A stretch of DNA of 64,000 nucleotides, taken from an uncultured Acidimicrobiales bacterium. Lineage in GTDB: Bacteria; Actinomycetota; Acidimicrobiia; Acidimicrobiales; SHLQ01. Shown in pieces: positions 20,363-29,636 of this stretch. The DNA is taken from the NCBI GenBank assembly GCA_937934655.1, contig CALGZB010000070.1, positions 3,005 to 67,004 of the forward strand, read 5' to 3'. Within the stretch, counting starts at the first letter, position 1. Every line of letters starts with the position of its first letter. Both the position numbers and the translations under genes were made by a program. The notes beneath the pieces were generated by a model. That model saw only the letters and a program-made list of their open reading frames with translations. It searched no databases and was not told where the DNA came from.

Positions 20363-21844
20363 TCAGAAACAGATCAGGATGATGTTTCGTTTGTTCATCA
20401 CCAATGGCATCCGACGCTCATTCACGACGGTTTCCTCTTGGCAGCGATGCTTGAGATCCCGGTAACCGGGAGCGCGTACGTTGCTGAGTGAAGTCTCGTA
20501 ACGCAGGTACCAGTAGCTCGACCAATCAGCCCAAAACAGGCTTCGCACCGCGCCAATGGTGTGACGGTGATAATCACGCTGCTGCTGCACTTCGCTCCAC
20601 CCGATAACCACCGGCTTCTCAGGGTCCTGCATCGACAACACTCGTTGCTCGATATGGGCGGCGGCGAGTTTGTCGGTCTGACGAAGACCGTCGAGACCCT
20701 CGTTTTGTTTCAGCGTGCTGTAGCCAAACTGCAGCACCAGCAGGGCAACGACGGCCACCACGCCCATGTTGATCTTGTCCCAGCGTTCGTCGCCCGCCGT
20801 CTTCTCCCACAACGCAGCGATCGCAAAGGAAAACAATAGGGGGATGAACCAGAACGACCGCAACGGTTGATCATCGAAGCTGACCGGGATGGTGAGTAAC
20901 TGCAGCATGCACAGACTGAAGGTGATTCCAAAGAAACCGAGCGCCACCTTCTCGTATCTATTAGTGCGGTTTGAGGCGATCAGATAGACGAGCGAACCAA
21001 CAGACAAGACCACCACAAGTGTTTGTTGACGGCCAGGAATGAATCGGAAGTCGTTCACGAGGCGTTCAAAATTGGAGAATCGATCGCCAAATACGTCGAT
21101 CATCTCGGAGGGTTCCCGAGACGAGAAGTGCCCTCGTGGCTCGACCCAAATGGCCACCAACTTGCCCAACGCCGTGTAGATCGCGAACCCGACTCCGAGG
21201 CCGCCGCCGGTTGCCAGAACAGCTTTGGCAAAGCCGACCCAAGACGTTGCGAACCGCGCCTGGTGGTAAACGAGAAGCGCCACTGCCAAGAACAAGATGT
21301 AGAGACCGCTCTGGTACGAACCGGCGACGATGGTCGTAGCTATCGCCGAGGAACCAAACAGAAACCCGAGCCGCGGCGCCCCCTTGTTTACCCACAACAA
21401 GGCTGCGCATACGAAAAACACAATGGCCAAACTGAACTGGATCAGCGTGAAGTGCAGAAGGATATAGAGAACCGGGTACAGCGAGAAATAGGCAACGAGG
21501 AGATAGCTACGAGCGGCCTGGTGAATATTGAGCAGGCGCATCGCGCTGAAACCGAAGACCACCATTCCTGCAACGGCAAAGAAGTAGCCGTACGACAAGG
21601 TCTGTTCACTTGTGTCGGCCACAAACCCGAGCACCAGGTTGAACAGATAGATGATGTAGCGGTTCCATCCGAGGAAGACATCGGCGATGTACTTCGGCGT
21701 GCCCTCGTTGGCGAGAACAAGCGGCGCATCATCGATGGAGAAGTGGCGATATGTCGGAAAGCGGATGATGACGAGCAACAGCCACAGAACTGCCATCCGC
21801 ACAAGACTCTGCCGATGAGCAGGGTCTTTGAGACTACTTCTCAA
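20363..21844 (-). CDS. Polytopic membrane GT-C glycosyltransferase, GtrII-like
   Basis: About 10-12 hydrophobic segments, DD after TM1 (FSIDD), SYQS motif, soluble C-terminal domain; start uncertain. Confidence 0.6.
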   Translation of the reverse strand: MRSSLKDPAHRQSLVRMAVLWLLLVIIRFPTYRHFSIDDAPLVLANEGTPKYIADVFLGWNRYIIYLFNLVLGFVADTSEQTLSYGYFFAVAGMVVFGFSAMRLLNIHQAARSYLLVAYFSLYPVLYILLHFTLIQFSLAIVFFVCAALLWVNKGAPRLGFLFGSSAIATTIVAGSYQSGLYILFLAVALLVYHQARFATSWVGFAKAVLATGGGLGVGFAIYTALGKLVAIWVEPRGHFSSREPSEMIDVFGDRFSNFERLVNDFRFIPGRQQTLVVVLSVGSLVYLIASNRTNRYEKVALGFFGITFSLCMLQLLTIPVSFDDQPLRSFWFIPLLFSFAIAALWEKTAGDERWDKINMGVVAVVALLVLQFGYSTLKQNEGLDGLRQTDKLAAAHIEQRVLSMQDPEKPVVIGWSEVQQQRDYHRHTIGAVRSLFWADWSSYWYLRYETSLSNVRAPGYRDLKHRCQEETVVNERRMPLVMNKRNIILICF

Positions 21845-22547
21845 CGTACACAGCGTATTGCGCCCCGAGTGGCACCCGCTTTAGTAGCCGATCGGCGACC
21901 TTCAAGATCTTGTTGATGGGCGGGATCGCCAAGATGAACTCGATCCGTGGGGTTCGGCCGAACGAGGACGAAACCATCCGCTCGAGTTCTTTCGGTTTCA
22001 ACAGAACTGCGTGTTCGTCCAAGATGCAGTCGTTGACGACCTTGAGCGTGAGCGGGTTATAGGGGTTGTGTTCGAAGACGGCGAAAATGCCACCGGGTTT
22101 CAAAACCCGCTTGGCCTGATCGATGAACCGCTGCCACTCGTCGGGGTCAACGTGGTGCATCACACACACGGTAAAGACCACGTCGAATTGTTCGTCGGGA
22201 AACGGGAGCGTCTGGCCCTCATAGAGCACATATTCAACGTCGGGGTGATTCTTGCGCGCCGCCTCGATGGACATTTCCGAGACATCGATGCCGACAATAG
22301 AACCGAAGTCGTTTTCGAACAGTCCTTCGAAGATTCCGATACCGCAGCCGAGATCAAGAACATCGAGTTCGTTCGTTGGCCCGAGAGTTTCGGTGAGGTA
22401 GTCCCGGAAGTACTCGGCCTTGCTACGGGTGAAGAAATCGGCCTTCAAGCCGCTGAAGGCAACAGAGCTATCGACGTCGGCGGTGTAGTTCGCGCTGCGG
22501 TCGTCGAAGACTTGCTTGAGTGACTTCGCAAGAGGTTTCTTCGTCAT
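21834..22547 (-). CDS. Class I SAM-dependent methyltransferase
   Basis: VLDLGCGIG, GIDVS, LPFPDEQFDVV, RVLKPGG, FEHNPYNPLT; GGAG RBS before ATG 22547. Confidence 0.85.
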   Translation of the reverse strand: MTKKPLAKSLKQVFDDRSANYTADVDSSVAFSGLKADFFTRSKAEYFRDYLTETLGPTNELDVLDLGCGIGIFEGLFENDFGSIVGIDVSEMSIEAARKNHPDVEYVLYEGQTLPFPDEQFDVVFTVCVMHHVDPDEWQRFIDQAKRVLKPGGIFAVFEHNPYNPLTLKVVNDCILDEHAVLLKPKELERMVSSSFGRTPRIEFILAIPPINKILKVADRLLKRVPLGAQYAVYVEK

Positions 22548-22661
22548 TTTGCTCCGCCGGGCTGTAGTCATCGGGACGGATAACTGAAATTCGACTCTAT
22601 CAGCGGGGCTAGCCGGTTACATCTCTACCTGCACATACACCAGATCGGGCTACGCTTTGCC

Positions 22662-23846
22662 GTGCCTGTGAACCCGAGCGGATTCGACGCCGACGTGATC
22701 GTGGTCGGTCTTGGAGCAATGGGTGCAGCTGTCACGTACCAAGCACAATCGATGGGGCTCGAGGTCCTCGGCATCGACCGCCACGAGCCGCCGCACGAGT
22801 TTGGGTCGTCGCACGCCGAAACGCGAATCTCTCGCCTCGCCGTCGGTGAAGGTCCGCAATACATCCCCTTTGTCGCGCGTGCGCACGAGCTCTGGCACAC
22901 GATTGGCGACGCTGTCGGTGAGACCCTGTTTCACCAGAGCGGCGGATACGTCATCACCAATACCGACGGCGGCAACGACGATCGCTGGCACGACTTTGTT
23001 ACCGCAACCGACAACGTGGCTCAGCTTGCAGGGATCCCGTACACAACTCTCACCGCAGCCGAGGTTCGGGCGGCTCACCCAAATCTCAAACTCACCAACG
23101 ACATGCGAGCCGGCCATGAGCCCACCGGCGGCGTCATCATGTGCGAGCGCGCTGTCGAAGCGCAGCTCAGGTTGGCCCGACAAAACGGCGCCCGCATTCG
23201 TGTCAACGAAACGGTCGCCGCGGTTACCCCCGATGACCAGGGCGTTGTGGTCGAAACCGATCAGGGGTCATACCGGGCTCGCGATGTGGTCCTCGCGACG
23301 GGAGCTTGGATGCACGATCTGGCCAGCGCTCATCACAGCAACCAACTCAGCATCACGCGACAGGCGGTGTTCTGGTTCGAAGCCGAAGACCTCGATGCGT
23401 TCCGTGTCGACCGAATGCCCTTTGTGATCTGGACCGGAGACACCATCGACGACTACGTCGGGTTGTTTCCGGTGCCCCCGGGCGCAACCAATGGCGTAAA
23501 GATCCTTGGTGAACAATTCAGCGAAACCACCTCGCCGAGCGAGGTAAACCGGACGATCTCCGACGCCGAAGTCGCCGAGTTCTACGAGACCCACGTGGCT
23601 CCGCAGATTGATGGCGTTACATCTCGCTGTATCAAGCGGGCGGTCTGCCTCTATACCAATACGCTCGATGATCACTTCCTCATCGAACCCGACCCACGAT
23701 CCAACCGCATCACCGTCATGTCGCCGTGCAGCGGGCACGGGTTCAAGCACTCCCCCGCTTTAGGCGAGGCCGTGGCACAACGAATCGCCACCGGCGCAAG
23801 CGATCTCGACCTCTCACCTTTCGGGTGGGGCGACACACCAGCTTGA
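22662..23846 (+). CDS. solA: N-methyl-amino-acid oxidase (SolA / monomeric sarcosine oxidase family)
   Basis: VVGLGAMG, GSSHAETRISR, CLYTNT (FAD-attachment Cys), CSGHGFKH. Confidence 0.8.
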   Translation: MPVNPSGFDADVIVVGLGAMGAAVTYQAQSMGLEVLGIDRHEPPHEFGSSHAETRISRLAVGEGPQYIPFVARAHELWHTIGDAVGETLFHQSGGYVITNTDGGNDDRWHDFVTATDNVAQLAGIPYTTLTAAEVRAAHPNLKLTNDMRAGHEPTGGVIMCERAVEAQLRLARQNGARIRVNETVAAVTPDDQGVVVETDQGSYRARDVVLATGAWMHDLASAHHSNQLSITRQAVFWFEAEDLDAFRVDRMPFVIWTGDTIDDYVGLFPVPPGATNGVKILGEQFSETTSPSEVNRTISDAEVAEFYETHVAPQIDGVTSRCIKRAVCLYTNTLDDHFLIEPDPRSNRITVMSPCSGHGFKHSPALGEAVAQRIATGASDLDLSPFGWGDTPA

Positions 23847-23899
23847 GACAAACGCCGGAGGCGTGGAGCCGGAGGCGCAACAATAAGGAAGAATAAGGA

Positions 23900-24772
23900 A
23901 TGCCCAACTTCAAACAGGTTGATGTGTTCACCGACGTTGCGTACCTGGGCAACCCGGTTGCCGTGGTGCTCGATGGGTCAGGTATCGACGACGAGGCGCT
24001 TCAACGGTTCGCTCACTGGACCAACCTGAGCGAGACCACGTTCCTGCTCCCTCCAACCGATCCGGCTGCCGATTACCGAGTCCGGATTTTCACCACCGAT
24101 ACCGAGCTGCCGTTTGCCGGCCACCCAACCATCGGCACATGCCATGCATGGCTCGAAGCCGGTGGGCAGCCGAAGACCCCAGGCGTTGTGATCCAGGAGT
24201 GTCCGGCCGGTCTCATTACCCTTCGCCAAAGCGCCCTTCGCAAAAACAGTGTCGGCCGCCTGGCGTTTGCCGCACCGCCGCTGACCCGCGGCGGGCCAGT
24301 CGACGAAGCAGACCTCGAAATGACGTGTCGAGTTCTTGGGATCGACCGAAGCGAAATCATCGACGCGCAATGGGCCGACAATGGCCCCGGATGGCTAGCG
24401 GTAATGCTCGCTGACGCCGACGCGGTCTTGGCTCTTGAGCCCGACTTCGGCGCGGCCGAAAGCTACGACATCGGGGTAGTTGGCGGTGCTCCGCTGGGTG
24501 TTGTTGGCGCGGCGCCAGGCGGTAGCGCCGATGTGGAGGTACGGGCGTTCTTTCGGTCGAGCGGCCAAGCGGCCGAAGACCCGGTAACTGGAAGCCTCAA
24601 CGCAGCACTCGCCCAATGGTTGTTGGGCAACGGAACGCTCACCGCCCCCTACATCGCCTCGCAAGGTACCGCTCTCGGCAGAGCCGGACGCGTCTACATC
24701 GACCAAGCGGACGGAGAGATCTGGGTAGGCGGCGATGCCGTCACCTGCATCAACGGCACCGTCGACCTCTAA
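23900..24772 (+). CDS. PhzF-family isomerase
   Basis: QVDVF..GNPVAVV, NLSETTF, RIFT...ELPFAGHPTIG, EDPVTGS, SQGTALGRAG. Confidence 0.9.
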   Translation: MPNFKQVDVFTDVAYLGNPVAVVLDGSGIDDEALQRFAHWTNLSETTFLLPPTDPAADYRVRIFTTDTELPFAGHPTIGTCHAWLEAGGQPKTPGVVIQECPAGLITLRQSALRKNSVGRLAFAAPPLTRGGPVDEADLEMTCRVLGIDRSEIIDAQWADNGPGWLAVMLADADAVLALEPDFGAAESYDIGVVGGAPLGVVGAAPGGSADVEVRAFFRSSGQAAEDPVTGSLNAALAQWLLGNGTLTAPYIASQGTALGRAGRVYIDQADGEIWVGGDAVTCINGTVDL

Positions 24773-24792
24773 CCAAACACCCAGCCCATCCC

Positions 24793-24827
24793 GGTGCCTG
24801 GCACCGAAACGGGGTTTTGGTGCCAGG
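24793..24827. terminator. Palindromic hairpin between convergent genes (terminator or REP-like)
   Basis: CCTGGCACCGAAAC-GGG-GTTTTGGTGCCAGG, overlapping a second palindrome GGTGCC-T-GGCACC. Confidence 0.55.
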
Positions 24828-24880
24828 TGGACGCGTCCGCGGGCGCCTCCGGCGGACCAGGTCGCCCGCCTATTGCAGGG

Positions 24881-26515
24881 TTAGAACGAGATGAGGCTCG
24901 GCTCGTAATCGTCGGGGGCTTCGTAGCCGAGCAAGTTGAACGCGGTGGCAGCGATGTTGGCGAGTCCGTTTTGGCTGGTACCGGTTAGTTGGTACTCGCC
25001 GTCGTAGCGGGCGTCGTGAATCACGAACGGCACGGGGCTGAGGGTGTGCGAGGTCTTTGGAGATCGCACGCCGTCCTTCTCGGTAAACATGATGTCGGCG
25101 TTGCCATGGTCGGCGGTGTAGATCAGCACACCACTCAGGTCGTTAATGACGTCGAGCAGTCGGCCAAGCGATTCATCGACAACTTCCATTGCTTCCACGG
25201 CCGCGGCGAGATCGCCGGTATGCCCAACCATGTCGCCGTTGGCAATGTTGATGCGACCAAACCGGAATTCGCCGCTGCGAAGAAGGTCGATGGTGGCGTC
25301 GGTAATCTCCCGGGCTTTCATCGCCGGCGCTTCGTTGAACTCGACATTGTCGGAGGGAATTTCGATGTAGGTCTCGAGCGACTCATTGATGTACCCGCTC
25401 TTGTTGCCATTCCAAAAGAACGTGACATGGCCAAACTTCTGGGTTTCGCTGATGGCGAAATTCTTCAAGCCGGTTGCGCAGAGAAATTCGCCCATCGTGC
25501 GATCGATGGTGGGTGGATCCACTAGGTAGTTGGTTGGAACAAAGGCGTCGCCGTCGTACTGAAGAAGGCCGGCGTAATAGACGTCGGGGTGGGCGCCCCG
25601 GTCGAACGCCGTGAACTCAGCATCTTCGTAGGCCATCGAGATTTCGATTGCCCGGTCGCCTCGGAAGTTGGAGAGGATCACCGAGTCGCCGTCGGCCATC
25701 CGCCCCACCGGATTTCCAGCCTCATCGACGACAACAAACTCGGGAAGGTACTGATCGCCCTTCTCGGTCTCGGCATACAACGTCTCGACCGCTTCGGTAG
25801 CTGACGGGAACGCCCGACCAACACCGTGGGTGTGGCAGTTGTAGCCGCGCTCGACCATGGGCCAGTCGGCTTCGTAGCGATCCATCGTGAGGGTCATTCG
25901 TCCACCGCCCGACGCAATGGCGAAATCGGCACCATGGGTCTGGTTGATTTCGGCGAGGACACCCTCGGTGGTTTCGAGATACCCCAGGGCCGACCGGGCA
26001 GGGACATCGCGGCCATCGAGAAGAAGGTGCAGACGGGCACGCTTTACGCCCCGTTCGGCGGCCTTGCGCAACAGTGCATACAGATGGTCATTGTGGGAGT
26101 GCACATTGCCGTCGGAGTGGAGACCAATGAAGTGCATCGTTCCACCCGATGTCCCGATGCATCGATCGGTTGCTGCGGCCCAGACCGGCGTGTCAAAAAG
26201 TGCACCCGACTCGATCGACTTGTTCACCAGTTTGGCGCCCTGGGCGAACACTCGACCTGCTCCGAGCGCGTTGTGACCGACCTCGCTGTTGCCCATGTCG
26301 TCGTCGGTCGGAAGTCCGACCGCGAGTCCATGCGCTCGCAACGGCGTCGATAACAATGATTCGTTCAGGGCATCGAGCGTTGGTGTGTTGGCTTCGCTTA
26401 CTGCGTTACTCGGCCCATCGGGCGCGATACCGACGCCATCGGCAACGACGATAAGGACCGGACCGGTCCGGCCTGGGAACGAGGCATGCGGCGACAGTGC
26501 AGAAACATTGGTCAT
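24881..26515 (-). CDS. gpmI: 2,3-bisphosphoglycerate-independent phosphoglycerate mutase
   Basis: DGVG, MGNSEVGH, SDGNVHSH, DGRD, NFRGDRA, ETQKFGHVTFFWNG, NGDMVGHTG, TADHGN. Confidence 0.94.
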   Translation of the reverse strand: MTNVSALSPHASFPGRTGPVLIVVADGVGIAPDGPSNAVSEANTPTLDALNESLLSTPLRAHGLAVGLPTDDDMGNSEVGHNALGAGRVFAQGAKLVNKSIESGALFDTPVWAAATDRCIGTSGGTMHFIGLHSDGNVHSHNDHLYALLRKAAERGVKRARLHLLLDGRDVPARSALGYLETTEGVLAEINQTHGADFAIASGGGRMTLTMDRYEADWPMVERGYNCHTHGVGRAFPSATEAVETLYAETEKGDQYLPEFVVVDEAGNPVGRMADGDSVILSNFRGDRAIEISMAYEDAEFTAFDRGAHPDVYYAGLLQYDGDAFVPTNYLVDPPTIDRTMGEFLCATGLKNFAISETQKFGHVTFFWNGNKSGYINESLETYIEIPSDNVEFNEAPAMKAREITDATIDLLRSGEFRFGRINIANGDMVGHTGDLAAAVEAMEVVDESLGRLLDVINDLSGVLIYTADHGNADIMFTEKDGVRSPKTSHTLSPVPFVIHDARYDGEYQLTGTSQNGLANIAATAFNLLGYEAPDDYEPSLISF

Positions 26516-26565
26516 AGGCTCGCCAAGTCTACGCGGCATACGACCAAGCGTGGTTTACGCGGTCT

Positions 26566-27066
26566 CTACGCCCTGGCTGCTTCGAGCAGGTAACCCTTCG
26601 ACCGCACCGTTCGCAACGCCAAACCACTGCCGTGGAGGCGCTTTCTAATTCGGGTGACATGAACGTCGAGGGCGTTGCGGCCACTCACCGAATCGTCGGG
26701 CCAGCCATGTGCGCTCAACGTTTCGCGAGAAACGACTGCGCCCCATTTGTCGACTAACGCCGACATGATACGCGCCTCGACTGGCGGTAGCGCCACCCAT
26801 TCACTCCCAAAACGGACAAGACCAGCGTCGTCCATCTCGGGGCGGACGAGGTCGTTTTGTTGCACCCGCCGCCGCAGAGTCTCGGCTCGCAATTCAAGGT
26901 CAGCTGCATCGGCTGGAACCCGAATCCAGTCTTCGAGCGGATCAGCCATGACGAGCGGCAACCCGGCGCCCTCGACAAGAATAAGTCGCGGGAGGCCCGC
27001 TTCCCGAAGTTCCGCCAACCGTGTGGCCTGATCAGGCCATGTCACAACATCGATAGTGTTAATCAT
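26566..27066 (-). CDS. OmpR/PhoB-type winged-helix regulator with truncated receiver-like N-terminus
   Basis: VVSRETL..W...RNALDVHVTRIRKRL....RTVRSKGY; N-terminal part only about 70 aa. Confidence 0.75.
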   Translation of the reverse strand: MINTIDVVTWPDQATRLAELREAGLPRLILVEGAGLPLVMADPLEDWIRVPADAADLELRAETLRRRVQQNDLVRPEMDDAGLVRFGSEWVALPPVEARIMSALVDKWGAVVSRETLSAHGWPDDSVSGRNALDVHVTRIRKRLHGSGLALRTVRSKGYLLEAARA

Positions 27067-27277
27067 TAAGAATCAGGAACCACCCTAATTAATGAAGCCG
27101 ATTACATGCGTAGGCGGCTGAGGTTGCGAACAACGTTATTGAACGTGATGCGAGGGTTCCGACGACACCAAACTGGCTCGCAAACTTCGAAACTGGCTCC
27201 GAGACGCCACTTATAGCGAGAAGGTTGACCTTTCGTCTGCGTGCTTCAGTGCCAGTAGCGGTATCGTCGCAATTGTT

Positions 27278-29575
27278 ATGAAGCAACGATTTCGCCCTCA
27301 GCACCTCGTCATCGCCATTGGCGTAGGAATTGCGATCTTTACGGTCGGATCAGGCATCGTCCCGATCTTCACCGAGTTCCACGATGACTCGCTTATTACT
27401 CGCGAGGTATTCGAGAACATCCCTACGGCCATCAAGGTCGCTTTCTACACGATCATCCCCGTGATGATCATCTACATGACCGTTCTCTTCGCACAGCGAA
27501 TGAAGAACTGGCAGCGAGGCGCTCCCGATAACCGGGCGACCACTTCGGAGAATGCTGGGCGTCGTTTGGGCGATTTCCGGGCAGGCGTCTACATGCAGAC
27601 CCTGCTTCGCGATCCAGCCGCTGGCCTCATGCACTCACTCATCTACTTCCCGTTCATCATCTTGATGGCCGTAACCACGGTGCTCGAGGTCAACCACCAG
27701 GTGCCCGAGGGACTCAAGTTCCTCCATGGCGATATCTACCGGGCCTACGCCCTCATCGGCGATCTCGCCGGAGCCGCCTTTCTGGTCGGCATTGTTTGGG
27801 CGATGGTTCGTCGCTACGGACCTCGTGCAGTTCGTCCATACCGCATCAGCATCAAGACCCGTCCCGAGCACGCCGTGGTTCTCCTTACCTTCTTTGCAAT
27901 TGGTGTCACCGGCTTCGGCGCCGAGGCTTTCCGCATTGCTCACCAAGGCGAACTTGCCGGCGGCACGCTCCCCGAATTCGAGCGCTGGTCGATCATTGGT
28001 TACCCACTGGCCGTGCTCGTCGAACCGCTCGGCAATCTGAGTGGTTGGCATCAGGGCTGGTGGATCGCCCACGTTCTGAGCTTCATCGTGTTCCTCGCAA
28101 TCCTGCCGGTCACGATGCTTCGCCACATGTTCACGTCACCGCTCAACATGTACCTCAAGGACCGCGACCGTCCCAAGGGTGCAATGAAGCCCATGGGCAA
28201 CCTGATGGAAACCGAGCTCGAAACTTTCGGTGCTTCGACCATCGAAGATTTCACCTGGAAGCAACTTCTCGACACCGACGCCTGCACCATGTGTGGCCGA
28301 TGCACCAGCGTCTGCCCAGCGCACCACACCGGCAAGCCACTTGATCCACGTGAGATCGTGCTCAAGACCGGCGAAGTCATGGCCGCTACGGGTAGTCCAC
28401 AGGTTTCACCTCCGATTGGCACCGACGCCGAGATCACCGTGCCCTCCAACTGGATGTTCGACCGGGTCACCCCCGAAGAGCTGTGGGCATGCACCACCTG
28501 TCGGGCCTGCGACGAGATCTGTCCCGTCAACATCGAGATTCTCGACAAGATCCTCGACATGCGCCGCTACCTGTCGCTGATGGAATCCAACTTCCCGTCG
28601 ATGCTCGGTAACGCCTACCGGTCCATGGAAAACTCCTCGAACCCCTGGGGAATCAGCCAGACCGAACGCGCCGACTGGGCCGAAGACATCGAGGGCGTCA
28701 GCGTTCTCGACGGCTCCGACCCGCTGGAATCCGAATACCTCTACTGGGTTGGCTGCGCCGGATCCTTCGACGACAAGAACAAAAAGGTCACCCAGTCGAT
28801 GGCCAAGCTGCTCAAGCGGGCGGGCATCGACGTGTCGATCCTCGGCCCATCAGAGCTTTGCACCGGCGACTCAGCTCGCCGCTCGGGCAACGAGTACCTC
28901 TTCCAGATGCTCGCCTCGCAGAACATCGAAACCCTCAACGGCATGGGTGTGAAGAAGATCATCACCCAGTGCCCTCACTGCTTCAACACCCTCGCCAACG
29001 AGTACCCAGAACTCGGCGGCCACTACGAAGTGGTGCACCACACGCAGCTGCTCGAATGGCTCATCGACTCGGGCAAGCTCGACCTCAAGGGTGCGTCGAT
29101 CGAAGAACGAGTCGTCTACCACGACAGCTGCTACCTGGGTCGCCACAACGACGTCTACCTCGCACCCCGCAAGGTGCTTGGTTCGCTCGGAGGCATTCAG
29201 ATTGTCGAAGCCGAACGCAACGGTACCGAAGGCATGTGCTGTGGCGCCGGCGGTGCTCGCTTCTGGCTTGAGGAAGACACCGGCAAGCAGATCAACACCG
29301 ATCGCTCGCAGGAACTTCTGGCCACCGGCGCAACCCGTATCGCGACTGCCTGTCCCTTCTGCTACGTCATGATGGACGATGGCGTGAAGGGCGAAGGTGT
29401 CGATGAAGATCAGGTAAAGGTCGGCGACATCGCCATGCATGTGGTCGAAGCCATCGAAGAGGCCGAGGTTCGTGCCGACGCTGAAATGTTGGCCGAAGCA
29501 CAAGCCGCAGCGTCAGCCACGGTAACCAACATGACCGCCACCGATTTGGGCGACACGCCACCAAGCTTCCAATAG
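27278..29575 (+). CDS. Membrane-anchored Fe-S oxidoreductase (FadF / HdrE-HdrD-like)
   Basis: N-terminal TM region, CTMCGRCTSVCP and CTTCRACDEICP, two CCG domains (WVGC, CPHC, HDSCYLGRHN, CCGAGG, ACPFC). Confidence 0.88.
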   Translation: MKQRFRPQHLVIAIGVGIAIFTVGSGIVPIFTEFHDDSLITREVFENIPTAIKVAFYTIIPVMIIYMTVLFAQRMKNWQRGAPDNRATTSENAGRRLGDFRAGVYMQTLLRDPAAGLMHSLIYFPFIILMAVTTVLEVNHQVPEGLKFLHGDIYRAYALIGDLAGAAFLVGIVWAMVRRYGPRAVRPYRISIKTRPEHAVVLLTFFAIGVTGFGAEAFRIAHQGELAGGTLPEFERWSIIGYPLAVLVEPLGNLSGWHQGWWIAHVLSFIVFLAILPVTMLRHMFTSPLNMYLKDRDRPKGAMKPMGNLMETELETFGASTIEDFTWKQLLDTDACTMCGRCTSVCPAHHTGKPLDPREIVLKTGEVMAATGSPQVSPPIGTDAEITVPSNWMFDRVTPEELWACTTCRACDEICPVNIEILDKILDMRRYLSLMESNFPSMLGNAYRSMENSSNPWGISQTERADWAEDIEGVSVLDGSDPLESEYLYWVGCAGSFDDKNKKVTQSMAKLLKRAGIDVSILGPSELCTGDSARRSGNEYLFQMLASQNIETLNGMGVKKIITQCPHCFNTLANEYPELGGHYEVVHHTQLLEWLIDSGKLDLKGASIEERVVYHDSCYLGRHNDVYLAPRKVLGSLGGIQIVEAERNGTEGMCCGAGGARFWLEEDTGKQINTDRSQELLATGATRIATACPFCYVMMDDGVKGEGVDEDQVKVGDIAMHVVEAIEEAEVRADAEMLAEAQAAASATVTNMTATDLGDTPPSFQ

Positions 29576-29636
29576 TCCAAAATCTCGTGGCACCAGCCGA
29601 CAGTATTTGTCGCTGTGTGTCACGAGTTTTTGCGTT

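Noticed and set aside
19319-24772. IPNS-like + SolA + PhzF as a beta-lactam or phenazine biosynthetic cluster
   Set aside because: No ACV synthetase, NRPS or other phz genes; these families are common stand-alone enzymes.
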